From IMG/VR virus record IMGVR_UViG_3300017991_000001, positions 1 to 64,000 of that record: a stretch of 64,000 bases of DNA; one strand, written 5' to 3'. Below are positions 7,552-17,678 of the stretch, piece by piece; position 1 is the first letter of the stretch; every line of letters begins with the position of its first letter. The translations under genes and the position numbers were made by a program. The notes under the pieces are model-generated. The model was given only the letters and a program-made list of their open reading frames with translations. It made no database searches and was not told the DNA's origin.

Positions 7552-8270
7552 GGTTCCACCTCTGGGATCTCGTACCCGGCGTGCTTCATCATCCGACCAC
7601 ACTGCGCCACGCATGCCCTTATGGTAGCGGCTGATAGGTGTTTACGCCAGGTGTCAGGTTTGCCCAAATCGTCGGAAATGTGGTGGTCGCGCACGTTTGT
7701 GATGTTCTTGATGGTGTCGTTGGGCATCGTGTCGGCGTGGGCCTTGACCACCTCAGCCGAGTGCCGGCGGGCGATCTCCCTGGCTTCGGGCAGCGTCACG
7801 TGCAGGTCCAGGAAGTTGGAGACCATGCAGACGACGCGGGGCACGTCCAGGATCATCTCCTCGTACTTGATCATCAGGCAGGGCTTCCAGTGCAGCTGGT
7901 CGAAGTAGTCATCCTCGTAACGGTCCCAGCCGTCGGGGATGTACTCGCCCCACTCGCCGGTCTGGGCCGTGCAGCGCTTCTGGGCGGAGGCGGCTATGTC
8001 CAGGGGGTTGCGGTAGGTGAACAGGAACCTGGCCTCCCTCATGACGTCGACCTGCCGGCCGCGCAGCACGTAGAAGTGCACCTTGGCCAGCATGGGAGGA
8101 GGCGTCGGGTAGGTGATCACGAAGCGGCCATAGCTGTCGCGGAGGCAGTACGGGGTGGACTCAATCAGCTCCACGTCGCCGAAGTTCAGCTCCAAGAGCT
8201 CACGTGCGATGTTGTAGACCAGCGTGGACCCCGAGCGGTACATCCCGTTGCAGACCACGAATCGACTCAC
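7488..8270 (-). CDS. Sulfotransferase, tandem paralogue
   Basis: GMYRSGST, LAKVH, YRNPLDIAAS, IKYEE; GTG start inferred. Confidence 0.85.
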   Translation of the reverse strand: MSRFVVCNGMYRSGSTLVYNIARELLELNFGDVELIESTPYCLRDSYGRFVITYPTPPPMLAKVHFYVLRGRQVDVMREARFLFTYRNPLDIAASAQKRCTAQTGEWGEYIPDGWDRYEDDYFDQLHWKPCLMIKYEEMILDVPRVVCMVSNFLDLHVTLPEAREIARRHSAEVVKAHADTMPNDTIKNITNVRDHHISDDLGKPDTWRKHLSAATIRACVAQCGRMMKHAGYEIPEVEPCTSSSLSATECIEPDQPCPT

Positions 8271-9073
8271 AGCGCCCCCCTCTCTGTTTTGCTCATCAAC
8301 TCCTTGGCCCGATCCGGTTCCATCTCGCCCATGGCGACCATGAGCAGGCGCGCGTAGTTCTTCTGCCGTTCGCTGGCGTTCTCGTAGGCCCTCTTGCCAA
8401 TATAGACGGTCACGCCGTAGACCAGCAAGCCCATGATCAGGATGACCCCGATCACCGTGATCACCGCCGACATGGGCCACATGTTGACGTCGCGCCCGGC
8501 GCGCATCTCGGTCTGGAGCGTGGTTTGCATCTTCGTGAGCTTGTTCGACAAGCCCACTTGCCCCGAGGCTGTGGCGTCTGCCTGTCCCGACATGTGGCCG
8601 ACCTTGGTGTTGATATCGGACAGCGCCTTCATCGTGTTGTCCAGCTTCGCCTCCATCTTGTTGGTGACGTTGACGTTGGCCTCGAACTTGGCGTTGATCG
8701 TGTTCTCCAGGCTCGCCATGGCTGTCATGGTATTGGTCAGCTTCGTGTCGATGTCGGCTTGCATCTTATTGTCGATCTTGGCCTCCAAGTTAATCAGGCC
8801 CTTTAGCGCCACCTCCATCTTCTGGAGCTGCGCCACGATGTGGCCGGAGAGCTGGTTGCTGTTGGAGGACATGTCGGCCCGCACGCGGGCGGCGGTGTCC
8901 TCCACGATCTTGTCCGTGTCCACCTTCTCCACCGCTATTTCCGGTGCCGGCATCGAAATCTCAGGTTTGTGGTCGATGATCGTCGGGGCCATCTTGGTCT
9001 TGTTGTCGGCGATGCAGCCGGTCAGCCATATCAACAAAATCAACAACGGCATCAATGACTTGAGCTTGGGCAT
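8267..9073 (-). CDS. Lipoprotein with coiled coil and C-terminal TM helix (unimolecular spanin-like)
   Basis: Signal peptide with lipobox LTGC, long heptad-like helix, TM segment AVITVIGVILIMGLLVYGVTVYI. Confidence 0.55.
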   Translation of the reverse strand: MPKLKSLMPLLILLIWLTGCIADNKTKMAPTIIDHKPEISMPAPEIAVEKVDTDKIVEDTAARVRADMSSNSNQLSGHIVAQLQKMEVALKGLINLEAKIDNKMQADIDTKLTNTMTAMASLENTINAKFEANVNVTNKMEAKLDNTMKALSDINTKVGHMSGQADATASGQVGLSNKLTKMQTTLQTEMRAGRDVNMWPMSAVITVIGVILIMGLLVYGVTVYIGKRAYENASERQKNYARLLMVAMGEMEPDRAKELMSKTERGAL

Positions 9074-9540
9074 GGGTACTCTCCCTGGTGGGTTCCGGTG
9101 TGAATGGCATTCTACCTCGTAGTTCCTCTCCGCATATCGAAAATCTTGGTGCTTCCCGACAGCTAAAACAAACGCCCCGGCGCGTTAGTATTTCCTAATG
9201 CCGATTGGCCCGTGGCCAGCCGGTAAAAGCGTAGAGAACGTGGTTAACCGTGGTTTTCGTGGAGGTGAACGTGGAGAAGAGACAGCGTCCCCTACCGATG
9301 AAGCGCCGGATGCAAATGCGCCGGAAGCTGTTTCGTGACATCGCTGAGTTCCTCAAGAAGCTTCGCTGAAGCTTGAGGGGCTTGCGGTGAGGGCACGCGG
9401 AAAGGAGGGCACTCGTTGAATCGTAGTTGCTCGAACCGGAGTCAGCCCGTCCCGGTTCGGGGCCGCAGACAAGGGCAAACCTGCCCCGCCGGGGCAGGTT
9501 ATACACTTTCTCGCTAACGAACGAACGGAAGGAGAAGGAG

Positions 9541-9888
9541 ATGAAAAAGGTGAAGAAAAAGAAGGGCAAGGAGTTCGAGCTGATCGTGTTGGCGCTCCTC
9601 GGACACTTGGGCGAGTTCATGAAGGGGTTTCTGTCCTTCCAGAAGAAGGAGGACAAGCGCGCTCAGGAACGCCACCAACTCGAGATGCAGAACTGCGCTC
9701 GGGACATCAGGCTCAAGGACCTCGAGATCGAGCGCCTTGAGGCGGAGGTCAGCAAGACCCGCAAGTCCGCGTCCGTGAAGGGCAAGAAGGAAAAGAAGTC
9801 CAAGAAGGACAAGAAGGCCAAGAACAACGGCAAAACGCCTGAGGATATCACCGTCCCCGAGCGGGGCGGCGTTGCCACCACGGAATGA
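9541..9888 (+). CDS. Hypothetical Lys-rich coiled-coil protein
   Basis: AAGGAG RBS before ATG 9541; 115 aa. Confidence 0.6.
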   Translation: MKKVKKKKGKEFELIVLALLGHLGEFMKGFLSFQKKEDKRAQERHQLEMQNCARDIRLKDLEIERLEAEVSKTRKSASVKGKKEKKSKKDKKAKNNGKTPEDITVPERGGVATTE

Positions 9889-9902
9889 TCCTCGGAGGCG
9901 AT

Positions 9903-9951
9903 TGGCCCCCGGCGCGACGACTCGCGCCGGGGCCATCGCGCGTTTTCCTTT
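9903..9951. terminator. Hairpin between convergent genes
   Basis: TGGCCCCCGGCGCGA / TCGCGCCGGGGCCA stem followed by a T-rich tract. Confidence 0.55.
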
Positions 9952-9955
9952 TCTA

Positions 9956-11779
9956 TCAGTAGGGGTCGCGGAACGCGTTGGGGGGTTCGGCCAGGTTGAG
10001 CTGCTCCTCGGTCAGCTTGATGCCCTGGACCTCGGACAGGTCGGGGTACCGCCGCGTGTAGTGCCAGATGGCGCAGGAGCCGTAGTTGAGCGCGTGGGCG
10101 AAGTCGTCCGGCATCTTGGGTCGCCGTATGATGGTGTAGACATCCTGGCGCCGGGCGACCTCCTTGCGCTCCTCGATGAGGTTGAGCAGGTCGGAGGTGA
10201 TGTTCTTGCTGGACTCGTACTCCGGGAGCAGGATCTTGCAGGCCTTGACACACACGGCCTGCAGGACCAGCGAGCGGGGTTTGTCCAGCTGGTAATAGCC
10301 CCTGAGCTCCCCTTCCGCCGGTTTCTTGTACACGACCACGTCCCGTGTGGGCAGGTACATGTACATGAAGGGCACGATCCGGTCGAGGGGCAGCCCGGCC
10401 TGTATCATCAGGGTTTCGCGCACGCCGCCGGCCCCGCCGTAGTCATGCGCGAAGAACATGCAGCCCGCTTCCCGATAGAGGTCCAGCAGGCGCCGGGCCT
10501 CCCAGTCGTGGGCCGCCGCCAGGGGGAAGCGCTCGCAGAAGTGGCATTCCAGCCCGCCGCCGATGGGGTTGAGACCGACAAGTGCAACGGACGTAAAGGA
10601 GGTGCCCTCCTCCTGACCGCCGCCGCCCCAGTCCACGCCCATGGCACGGATGGGGCAGCGGCGGAACTTGTCGATCATCCTGTCGAACTCGTTGGGCCCC
10701 AGGCGCGAGGCGCGCTTGATGTCGGTGACGGTGGTCAGGTTGACGCCCACGTCGGCCGACTCGCCGAGGACCTCGTTGAGGAACCTCGACTCGTTGTACC
10801 CGAACTTGCCGTCCCGCTTGGCGATCAGCTCGCCCCACTTCTCCTCGTCGCGGTAGTGCGAGGGGACGATGGGCTGCGGGACGTGGAAGCCCCAGAAGTC
10901 GGCGTGCTCGTCGGCGTCGGTGTGGTACCAGTGGCCGTTGGCGGCGTCGATGAGGTTCTTGCATTTGGCGCAGCACAGGCCCTTGCGCTCGATCATCTTC
11001 ATGAGGTCGGCCTGGAAGCAGGCCATGTTCCAGTAGCCGCAGTGGGTGCATTTGGTGACCCATTCGGCCTTGGAGGAGTCCTGCCACAGCGCCTCGATGG
11101 TGTTGTCGAGCGTCTTGGGCGTGCCGGAGTAGGAGGAGGCGCGGATCTTGGAATACGACATGCACTCCCGGATGATCGGGATGAAGTCGTAGTCCATGTC
11201 CTGGATCTCGTCGTGGTCGATGATGTCGCAGGCGATGCCGCGGATGCGGTCGCAGTCCAACAGCGCGAAGGAGAAGAACAGCATGCTCCCGTTCGCGAAG
11301 GACCGCTGCAGCACCGCGTTGGTGGCCGAGGTGTCGACCAGGAACCTGGAGATCGGGCTGTTCTTGATGAACGGCCGGACGTAGTTGTTGGAGAGGCGCC
11401 GGATCTGTTCGTATCGGGGGGTCACGAGCAGGGTCCGCAGGTAGGGGTGGCCGGCCGAACGCATGACGCAATTCGCCGAGAGCGTCGCGCTTTTGCCCAC
11501 CTGCCGCGCGCACTTGAGCAGCATGCGCCTGGGGATGCCCACCTTGAAGACCGGCTCCATGAAGAAGTGGTTCTCAAGGGTGTAGGGGCGCCCGTCCAGG
11601 GAGAGCAGGCCCAGCACGGGTACCAGCGTGTCGGGGTTGCGGTTACGCAGGATGTGCATCACCTGCATCACGTCGGCGAGCGAGACCTGCTCGCCGCTTT
11701 GGAAGGTATCGATGACGTTTTGTACGGACTCGGGCAGCTGGGTCTCTACCGACTCGGCAAGTGAGGAGGCTGTATCCAT
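9956..11779 (-). CDS. terL: Terminase large subunit (GpA-like)
   Basis: Walker A KCARQVGKS, Walker B DHDEIQD, GTP coupling motif, CxxC pairs, nuclease motifs MGVDWGG and PDDFAHALNY. Confidence 0.92.
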   Translation of the reverse strand: MDTASSLAESVETQLPESVQNVIDTFQSGEQVSLADVMQVMHILRNRNPDTLVPVLGLLSLDGRPYTLENHFFMEPVFKVGIPRRMLLKCARQVGKSATLSANCVMRSAGHPYLRTLLVTPRYEQIRRLSNNYVRPFIKNSPISRFLVDTSATNAVLQRSFANGSMLFFSFALLDCDRIRGIACDIIDHDEIQDMDYDFIPIIRECMSYSKIRASSYSGTPKTLDNTIEALWQDSSKAEWVTKCTHCGYWNMACFQADLMKMIERKGLCCAKCKNLIDAANGHWYHTDADEHADFWGFHVPQPIVPSHYRDEEKWGELIAKRDGKFGYNESRFLNEVLGESADVGVNLTTVTDIKRASRLGPNEFDRMIDKFRRCPIRAMGVDWGGGGQEEGTSFTSVALVGLNPIGGGLECHFCERFPLAAAHDWEARRLLDLYREAGCMFFAHDYGGAGGVRETLMIQAGLPLDRIVPFMYMYLPTRDVVVYKKPAEGELRGYYQLDKPRSLVLQAVCVKACKILLPEYESSKNITSDLLNLIEERKEVARRQDVYTIIRRPKMPDDFAHALNYGSCAIWHYTRRYPDLSEVQGIKLTEEQLNLAEPPNAFRDPY

Positions 11780-11931
11780 GAAGAAGTTGATCCAAGCGCT
11801 GGAATGGCTCGTTGACTCCCTGGTGTCGACCTTTGTCGACCTGATCGAGCTGCTTGGAAAGTCCCTCTGCAAGAAACTGATCAAGGAGCTGGGTCTGACC
11901 CTGCTCGTCTGATACGATGGTACCGTGCCGG

Positions 11932-11960
11932 TTGACAATCCGGCGTCGCGAAGTTATTGA
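11932..11960 (+). promoter_or_regulatory. Candidate sigma70-type promoter
   Basis: TTGACA-17 nt-TATTGA at the head of a long + strand operon. Confidence 0.45.
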
Positions 11961-11978
11961 GGAGTATGGGAGAATTCG

Positions 11979-12203
11979 ATGGCCACGTCAAGAAGCGGGA
12001 CCTACTATCTAGAGAGGAAGCGCATTCTGATGCCGCGGCGTCACCGGGCCAAGCACTGGTACGGCGCGTCGAGAAGCCATCGCAGGCCCATCTTCCACCT
12101 GCCCGAGTTGAAGGGCGACGATGGGCCGCAGGACCGTGTGTACACCGTGGCGGAAGAGGAGCGCATACCCTACGAGCGGGACTGTGAGGCATGCGAGGAC
12201 TAG
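11979..12203 (+). CDS. Hypothetical protein
   Basis: GGAG RBS; first ORF of an overlapping operon. Confidence 0.6.
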   Translation: MATSRSGTYYLERKRILMPRRHRAKHWYGASRSHRRPIFHLPELKGDDGPQDRVYTVAEEERIPYERDCEACED

Positions 12204-12613
12204 ACCTGCTGCTGTACACCGCCGTGTCCGCTTTGGCCTGCTGGCAGATCCTTGAGGTCTGGCGGCACGGCTCGATCTTTGATCGTCCGCGGGCGTGGCT
12301 GGAGGCCCACGAGGGTTTCTTCGTGGACCTGCTGATGTGCGTGTTCTGCCTCTCGAACTGGGTCGGCCCGCTGTGCGTGGCCGGCGTGTTCGCGCTGGCC
12401 TTCGGGCCGGACAACTTCGAGTGGCATTACCTGGCCGCGCTGCCCTTCCTGGGTTTCGCGGCCGCCAAGCTTGCCAATCTGTTCAACGACCTTTGCAGCG
12501 GATTCAGTCGCACACCGAACCGCGGCGATGGAGGGGTCGACGAGCTTCAACACATAGCGGGAGGGGTCGATGTCACAGAACCCCAAGGAGACGAGCCCGC
12601 CGCCCAGTTGTGA
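12191..12613 (+). CDS. Membrane protein (DUF1360-like)
   Basis: Three hydrophobic segments, SIFDRPRAW and LLMCVFCLSNW motifs. Confidence 0.6.
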   Translation: MRGLDLLLYTAVSALACWQILEVWRHGSIFDRPRAWLEAHEGFFVDLLMCVFCLSNWVGPLCVAGVFALAFGPDNFEWHYLAALPFLGFAAAKLANLFNDLCSGFSRTPNRGDGGVDELQHIAGGVDVTEPQGDEPAAQL

Positions 12614-12965
12614 CGAGAAAGCCCAACAACTGACCAGGCAGTTCATCGAGTCGCTCAAGGAGAGCGTGCCCGAGCTGGATGGCGTGGCGGTGGTCTATGA
12701 CTGGAAGTTCAAGTCGAAGGACCTGCCCATGGGCGGGGCCTACGGCATACCAGGACCGCTGGACGCGGACGGGATGCTCCGTCTGGCGCAGCGGATTTCA
12801 CTATTCAACGTACAGATCGTGGAGATCGTGAGGAGGGCGCTGGATGAAGGCACAAGACGTAGCGAAAATGACCAGAGTGTGGGAGCAGTCGGAAAGGTTC
12901 ACACTCGAGGAGGCGAAGGCGATACTGCGCAGTCAGATCATGCCGTGCAGAAGCGTGGACAATGA
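12570..12965 (+). CDS. Hypothetical protein
   Basis: Overlapping operon ORF with phage-like codon usage. Confidence 0.55.
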   Translation: MSQNPKETSPPPSCDEKAQQLTRQFIESLKESVPELDGVAVVYDWKFKSKDLPMGGAYGIPGPLDADGMLRLAQRISLFNVQIVEIVRRALDEGTRRSENDQSVGAVGKVHTRGGEGDTAQSDHAVQKRGQ

Positions 12966-14100
12966 GTCACGCGACGCGTGCAAGTGTGTGCTGTTGGTGG
13001 GGGAACACTCCTCGGGCAAAACGAGGATCGTGGAGCAGTCGTGTGAAGAGTCCGGTGCCGAGATGATCAAGTTTCATTTTGGCGCCACGGAACAGGAAGA
13101 CCACGCGGGTCGCCAGTACACGGAGGACGAGACGAAGCTGACTCGTCGCGCCGTGCCTGAACACCTGCCGTGTTTCTATCGGAAGCCCAACTCCAAGACG
13201 GGCGTCGGCGTCATGTTCTTCGACGAGACCATGTCCGGGTACTCCGGGCACCAGGTCATCCTGAGAATGATGATCGACCGGAAGCTGGTGGACATCGACA
13301 TTCAACCGGGTTGGATCTTCGTGGGCTCGACCAATCCGCCCACCATCAACTATGCCTCCATCCAGGAGGCCGAGGAGTCGTTGTCCGGCCGGTTCATATA
13401 CGTCCCGGTCGAGGGCAAGCCGGAGGAGTACCTGTCGTACTGGGCGAAGTACATGCCGCCCAAGGTGTACGAGTTCCTGCTCCTGACCCACACCAACGGC
13501 CAGGGGTTCGTGATGGAGGCCGGCGCCCGCGAGTGGTTCAACTTCGCGGACACCGCCGAGCGCGTCCTGAACACGCGCAACGCCAGCGGCGAGCGGTTCG
13601 TCAGCGACGCGCTGCTGGCCAAGCTGTGCAGGGTGAACCACTCGAAGGAGATCGGGGTCGAGTTCTTCAACTTCCTGAAACACGGAGGGGATCTCGACCA
13701 CTACCCGATCCGCTTCGGGGTCTTCCTCAACTCGGACGACAAGACGTGGAAGGAAGCCGTCGGCCGCGTCAAGCGCTGGATCGACGGCAACGAGGTGCCG
13801 CTGCTGGGCGCCACGAAGTGGGATCTCGTCAACTTCCTGAGGGATTCCGAGCAGGCGAAGAACGTGGAGAAGGGCGGCGTGAAGCTGGCCAAGCGCGTGG
13901 CGGAGTTCGCCATGGTGCTGTCCGACGGCAAGAAGGCGGACATCGTCGGCAGTCTCATCCAGGGGTGCAGGGACACCCCGATCATGCAGAAGCTGATGCC
14001 CGAGATCCGGGGCACGCGACTGGCGAAGCGCTTTGTGGAAATCTACAAGGCCGACCAGACCGCCCGCAAGGCGGCCTCTACAGCGGGGAAGCCCATTTAA
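12844..14100 (+). CDS. MoxR-like AAA+ ATPase
   Basis: Walker A GEHSSGKT, Walker B MFFDE, GSTNPP sensor, LSGRF arginine finger. Confidence 0.88.
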   Translation: MKAQDVAKMTRVWEQSERFTLEEAKAILRSQIMPCRSVDNESRDACKCVLLVGEHSSGKTRIVEQSCEESGAEMIKFHFGATEQEDHAGRQYTEDETKLTRRAVPEHLPCFYRKPNSKTGVGVMFFDETMSGYSGHQVILRMMIDRKLVDIDIQPGWIFVGSTNPPTINYASIQEAEESLSGRFIYVPVEGKPEEYLSYWAKYMPPKVYEFLLLTHTNGQGFVMEAGAREWFNFADTAERVLNTRNASGERFVSDALLAKLCRVNHSKEIGVEFFNFLKHGGDLDHYPIRFGVFLNSDDKTWKEAVGRVKRWIDGNEVPLLGATKWDLVNFLRDSEQAKNVEKGGVKLAKRVAEFAMVLSDGKKADIVGSLIQGCRDTPIMQKLMPEIRGTRLAKRFVEIYKADQTARKAASTAGKPI

Positions 14101-14101
14101 C

Positions 14102-15493
14102 ATGGCTGGACACGGCTTGGAGTTCAAACGGTGGATGGAGCAAGTCGGGTATCGCCTGATGTACGGCGAGCCCGGCGACCTCCACTACGCGCTCTTCATG
14201 CAGAACATCTACATGCAGGAGAGCGGCCAGTTCCCCTTCCCGGCGGCGATTGCCTGCACGGACGAGGGGAAGATCGTCATGATGTTCAACAGTGCCTTCG
14301 TGGAACAGCTTCCGCTGGAAGCCGGGGTGGAGCTCCTCAAGCACGAGGTGCTCCACCTGATCCACGGGCACATCGCCTCGTTCAGGCGGGACGCGCTCAA
14401 CCGGTTCGGCGACATGATCGTGGCCCTCGCCTGCGACATCGCCGTCAACCAGCACATCGACGTGGATGTGATGGAGCGCTGTGGCATGCACCCGGTCACC
14501 CACGAGAAGTTCGGGCTGCCGGAGGACAAGACCGTCGAGTGGTACTGCGACGCCCTCTCCAAGATGGTGCGCGAGGGCAAGAGCGACGGCGAGCAGAAGA
14601 AGTACATCGACGGCTACGCCATGGGCCAGAGCGGCGGCGAAGGTGACGAGGAAGGCGAAGGCAAAGGCAAGGGCAGCGGCGTGGGCCACGGCCCGTGGGA
14701 GAAGATCGTCGACGACAAGGACGTGCCTGCGGACGTGATCGAGGGCAAGCTCGTCGAGGTCATCGAGCGCACCAAGTCGGAGGCGCAGTCACAGCGTGAA
14801 GGTTCCAAGGCCAGGGGCTGGGACAGCCACGACGCCAAGGAGCTGATCGCGGCGACCAAGCGCAAGCCGACCGTGCCGTGGCATGCGTACCTGCGCAGGC
14901 TGGAGTCGCGCAAGCGCAGCGAGGAGAAGATCCCGACCATCCACAAGGTCTCGCGACGGGGGCCGACGCCCCCGTACATGGGCCGCGTGCGGAAGTTCGG
15001 GCTCAGCATCTGGTTCGCGATCGATACTTCGGGTTCAATGGGTGCGAACGAGCTGTGCCTGGTGGACGCGGAGTTGAAGGGGATCGTGCAGCGGGGGGCC
15101 GACATCATGATCGTGCATTGCGATGCCGGCATCTCCAAGATCGAGCCCTACCATCCGCGGCGGGGCCTGAGTCAGTTCCACGGACGCGGCGGCACGGACT
15201 TCTCGCCGCCGCTGATCGAGCTGTTCAAGCAGCCGCAACACCTGAAGCCGGCCATGATCGTCTACTACACCGACGGTTACGGCTGCGCCTCCGGGTACCA
15301 GAAGTTCCTGAGTGACAACGGGTTCGACTGGGCCTGGAGCAAGGCGAAGGGAAGCACCAAGACCCCGTGCGGGGTCGAGGCGCTGTGGCTGCTGCCCGAG
15401 GGCTCAACGAGCCCCAAGAACTTTCACGGTTCGGTGCCCTTCGGCCACGTCGAGGTGGTGCCCAAACCCAGAGGGAGGCGTAAAGCCGGTTGA
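14102..15493 (+). CDS. VWA-domain/metallopeptidase-like protein (DUF2201-type), MoxR partner
   Basis: HEVLH zincin motif, ACDIAVNQ, MIDAS IDTSGSM, GRGGTDF, YYTDG. Confidence 0.9.
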   Translation: MAGHGLEFKRWMEQVGYRLMYGEPGDLHYALFMQNIYMQESGQFPFPAAIACTDEGKIVMMFNSAFVEQLPLEAGVELLKHEVLHLIHGHIASFRRDALNRFGDMIVALACDIAVNQHIDVDVMERCGMHPVTHEKFGLPEDKTVEWYCDALSKMVREGKSDGEQKKYIDGYAMGQSGGEGDEEGEGKGKGSGVGHGPWEKIVDDKDVPADVIEGKLVEVIERTKSEAQSQREGSKARGWDSHDAKELIAATKRKPTVPWHAYLRRLESRKRSEEKIPTIHKVSRRGPTPPYMGRVRKFGLSIWFAIDTSGSMGANELCLVDAELKGIVQRGADIMIVHCDAGISKIEPYHPRRGLSQFHGRGGTDFSPPLIELFKQPQHLKPAMIVYYTDGYGCASGYQKFLSDNGFDWAWSKAKGSTKTPCGVEALWLLPEGSTSPKNFHGSVPFGHVEVVPKPRGRRKAG

Positions 15494-17169
15494 GCAACTT
15501 CTGGACGACCCTTGAAGTGCTGCACGAGTACTCCGACCTGTACCTGCCGACAATGGGCAGGAAGGAGTACAACAAGGCCACGTTCCGCGCCGCGCACACC
15601 TACAAGCCCTGGCAGACCGGGGCGAATTCGTATGTCTTTGCGAACGAGTGGGACCACGGCTTCAAGTACCTGCAGATGCTGAAGACGTTGCCGCGCGTGT
15701 TCGTGGTGGCGTCCAGCATCGCGCAGGAGACGTTCGACCTTTTCGGCGAGCGGCTGGTCAACTGCGTGGCCATCCCCGGCAACAAGATCCACAAGGGATC
15801 GCCGAACCACGCCTACTTCTTCCCGCTGCATTTCCATGCGGCCGTGTCCGACTGGATGTCTACCAGTACGGACAAGAAGTGGGCGAAGCTGCCCCGCCAC
15901 GGACACATGGCCTGGGTCGAGGGCAAGAAGTGGGAGCAGGAGAAGGTTTGCCTGGCGTGCGAGCACAACCTGGACATGGCCGCGGACCTGTGCCGCCCCA
16001 TGACCGGGACGTGCATGGGCCTGAAGGAACTGCCTTTCACGGTCCTGCCCGGACACACGGGCGAGGGGTTGGAGGAGGCCAGGGCGTGGTACATAGACCA
16101 CCCCATGAAGCTGGAGTATCTGGACTGCGGCGAGATCAACAGGCAGTTCACGTACATGGAGACGAAGAATGTCTCCACGCACGACGCGTTCGAGAAGCCG
16201 CACATGCTGAGCATAACGAACAACGAGGCGATGCTCAGGGAGCAACGCGACAACCGCTCCGTGCGGTCCGAGGCCGCGGCCCGGACGAAGAAGGTGAGGA
16301 CCTACCTGTGCGACGGCTGCATGCGCGCGGGGGAATACTGTTCCCACGCCGGAGGCGAGCGTTGCGACGGACCCTGGTACGGGGTCGACTACATCCCCGT
16401 TGCCGAGCAGTGCGAACCGTGGATGGTGTGGGCGCTGGAAGCGTCGGCCCACAACCCCGTCGACCTGCGCCACCGCGTGAGCAGGTGGAGCAACAGGCAC
16501 GGCAAGGAGTACACGTTCGCCGGCCCGCGCGGTGAGCACAAGATCGCCGCGGTCAGGCAGACGTCCCGCGAGACGGACATCGAATGCATACCCCTGAACA
16601 CGGCCTGCTTCGCGTTGGGGGTGCCCTGCTGCAATACCTGGAGGAACATCGAGCGGCACTCCGTTTATCTGAAGGACTACTACGGGTGGCCGCTGCCAGA
16701 CTGGGTGAAGGCGCTGGCCGTCACGCTGGTAGAGGGGCGGGGGCTGCACACCTACCGGCAGGCCATGTACCACGGCAGCATATCATATGACCTGTCGGGT
16801 CTGGATTTCAGCCACGCCAGCATCTACATGGAGTACTCCAAGGGTCGCTCTTGCGGGCCCTCGCACCGCGTCACCGGACTGGAGGACCTGTATGAGCTGC
16901 AGGCGCGCAAGGTCCACACGCGCGAGCGGGAGGAGCAGAACAAGAACCTCCATCAGCTGATCCTCGACCTGGGCGTGCGCATCACGGCGCGCTGCCATCA
17001 GTACGTCATTGAGAAGCATCCGCGGGCCTGGAAGAAGATGACCGCGGGACAATGGAAGCGCAGGGCCAACAAGGCGCTGCGTGACATTGGAGGGGCGAAG
17101 ATGATCCGCAAGCGCGGGACCTGGAGAGAGGACCTGCTTCGGGCGATGAAGGAGAATCCAAAGGTATGA
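15490..17169 (+). CDS. Hypothetical Cys-rich protein (559 aa)
   Basis: Long ORF with several CxxC clusters, coupled to both neighbours. Confidence 0.75.
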   Translation: MSNFWTTLEVLHEYSDLYLPTMGRKEYNKATFRAAHTYKPWQTGANSYVFANEWDHGFKYLQMLKTLPRVFVVASSIAQETFDLFGERLVNCVAIPGNKIHKGSPNHAYFFPLHFHAAVSDWMSTSTDKKWAKLPRHGHMAWVEGKKWEQEKVCLACEHNLDMAADLCRPMTGTCMGLKELPFTVLPGHTGEGLEEARAWYIDHPMKLEYLDCGEINRQFTYMETKNVSTHDAFEKPHMLSITNNEAMLREQRDNRSVRSEAAARTKKVRTYLCDGCMRAGEYCSHAGGERCDGPWYGVDYIPVAEQCEPWMVWALEASAHNPVDLRHRVSRWSNRHGKEYTFAGPRGEHKIAAVRQTSRETDIECIPLNTACFALGVPCCNTWRNIERHSVYLKDYYGWPLPDWVKALAVTLVEGRGLHTYRQAMYHGSISYDLSGLDFSHASIYMEYSKGRSCGPSHRVTGLEDLYELQARKVHTREREEQNKNLHQLILDLGVRITARCHQYVIEKHPRAWKKMTAGQWKRRANKALRDIGGAKMIRKRGTWREDLLRAMKENPKV

Positions 17170-17678
17170 ACGAGGCGATCGTGCTCCATTCAATCAGGGC
17201 CGTCAAGGCGTGGAGGAAGTTGATGGGCGCCACGCCGGTCATCTGGACCAACGGCTGCTTTGACCTTTTCCACCTGGGGCACGTATCGTTCCTCAACGAC
17301 GCCAAACAGGCTGACGAACACGGGGCGGGCGCGCTCATTGTCGGGGTCAACTCCGACGAGAGCGTGACCCGCCTGAAGGGGCCCGGCCGTCCCGTGCTGC
17401 CGCTGATCCATCGCGTGCACCTGGTGGCTTCCCACCGGGCCGTGGACGCGGTGGTGCCGTTCAGCGGGGACAAGCCGCTCAGCTACATCGAGGCGGCCGA
17501 GCCGGACTGGATCGTGAAGGACGAGTCCTACCGCGACAAGGTCGTGGTGGGCGGAGAGCTGGCACGCAAGGGCGTGCGGTACGCCCGGTTTCACAAGATA
17601 GCCGACATCGGCTCGACCACGGACATCGTCGAGCGCATCAGGGAGCTTGAGGGATGGAAGACGAAGACGCACCCGTAG
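17166..17678 (+). CDS. Cytidylyl/adenylyltransferase, HldE (RfaE) domain II-like
   Basis: TNGCFDLFHLGH (HxGH), LIVGVNSDESVTRLKGPGRP, STTDIVERI. Confidence 0.9.
   Translation: MNEAIVLHSIRAVKAWRKLMGATPVIWTNGCFDLFHLGHVSFLNDAKQADEHGAGALIVGVNSDESVTRLKGPGRPVLPLIHRVHLVASHRAVDAVVPFSGDKPLSYIEAAEPDWIVKDESYRDKVVVGGELARKGVRYARFHKIADIGSTTDIVERIRELEGWKTKTHP

Noticed and set aside
9872-11764. Long antisense ORFs (e.g. 630 aa opposite terL, 532 aa opposite 45453-47081, 506 aa opposite sbcD)
   Set aside because: Shadow ORFs caused by high GC3 codon bias opposite well-supported genes.
11778-11912. 44-aa amphipathic ORF overlapping the terL start head-to-head
   Set aside because: No clear RBS or homology evidence; cannot be supported.
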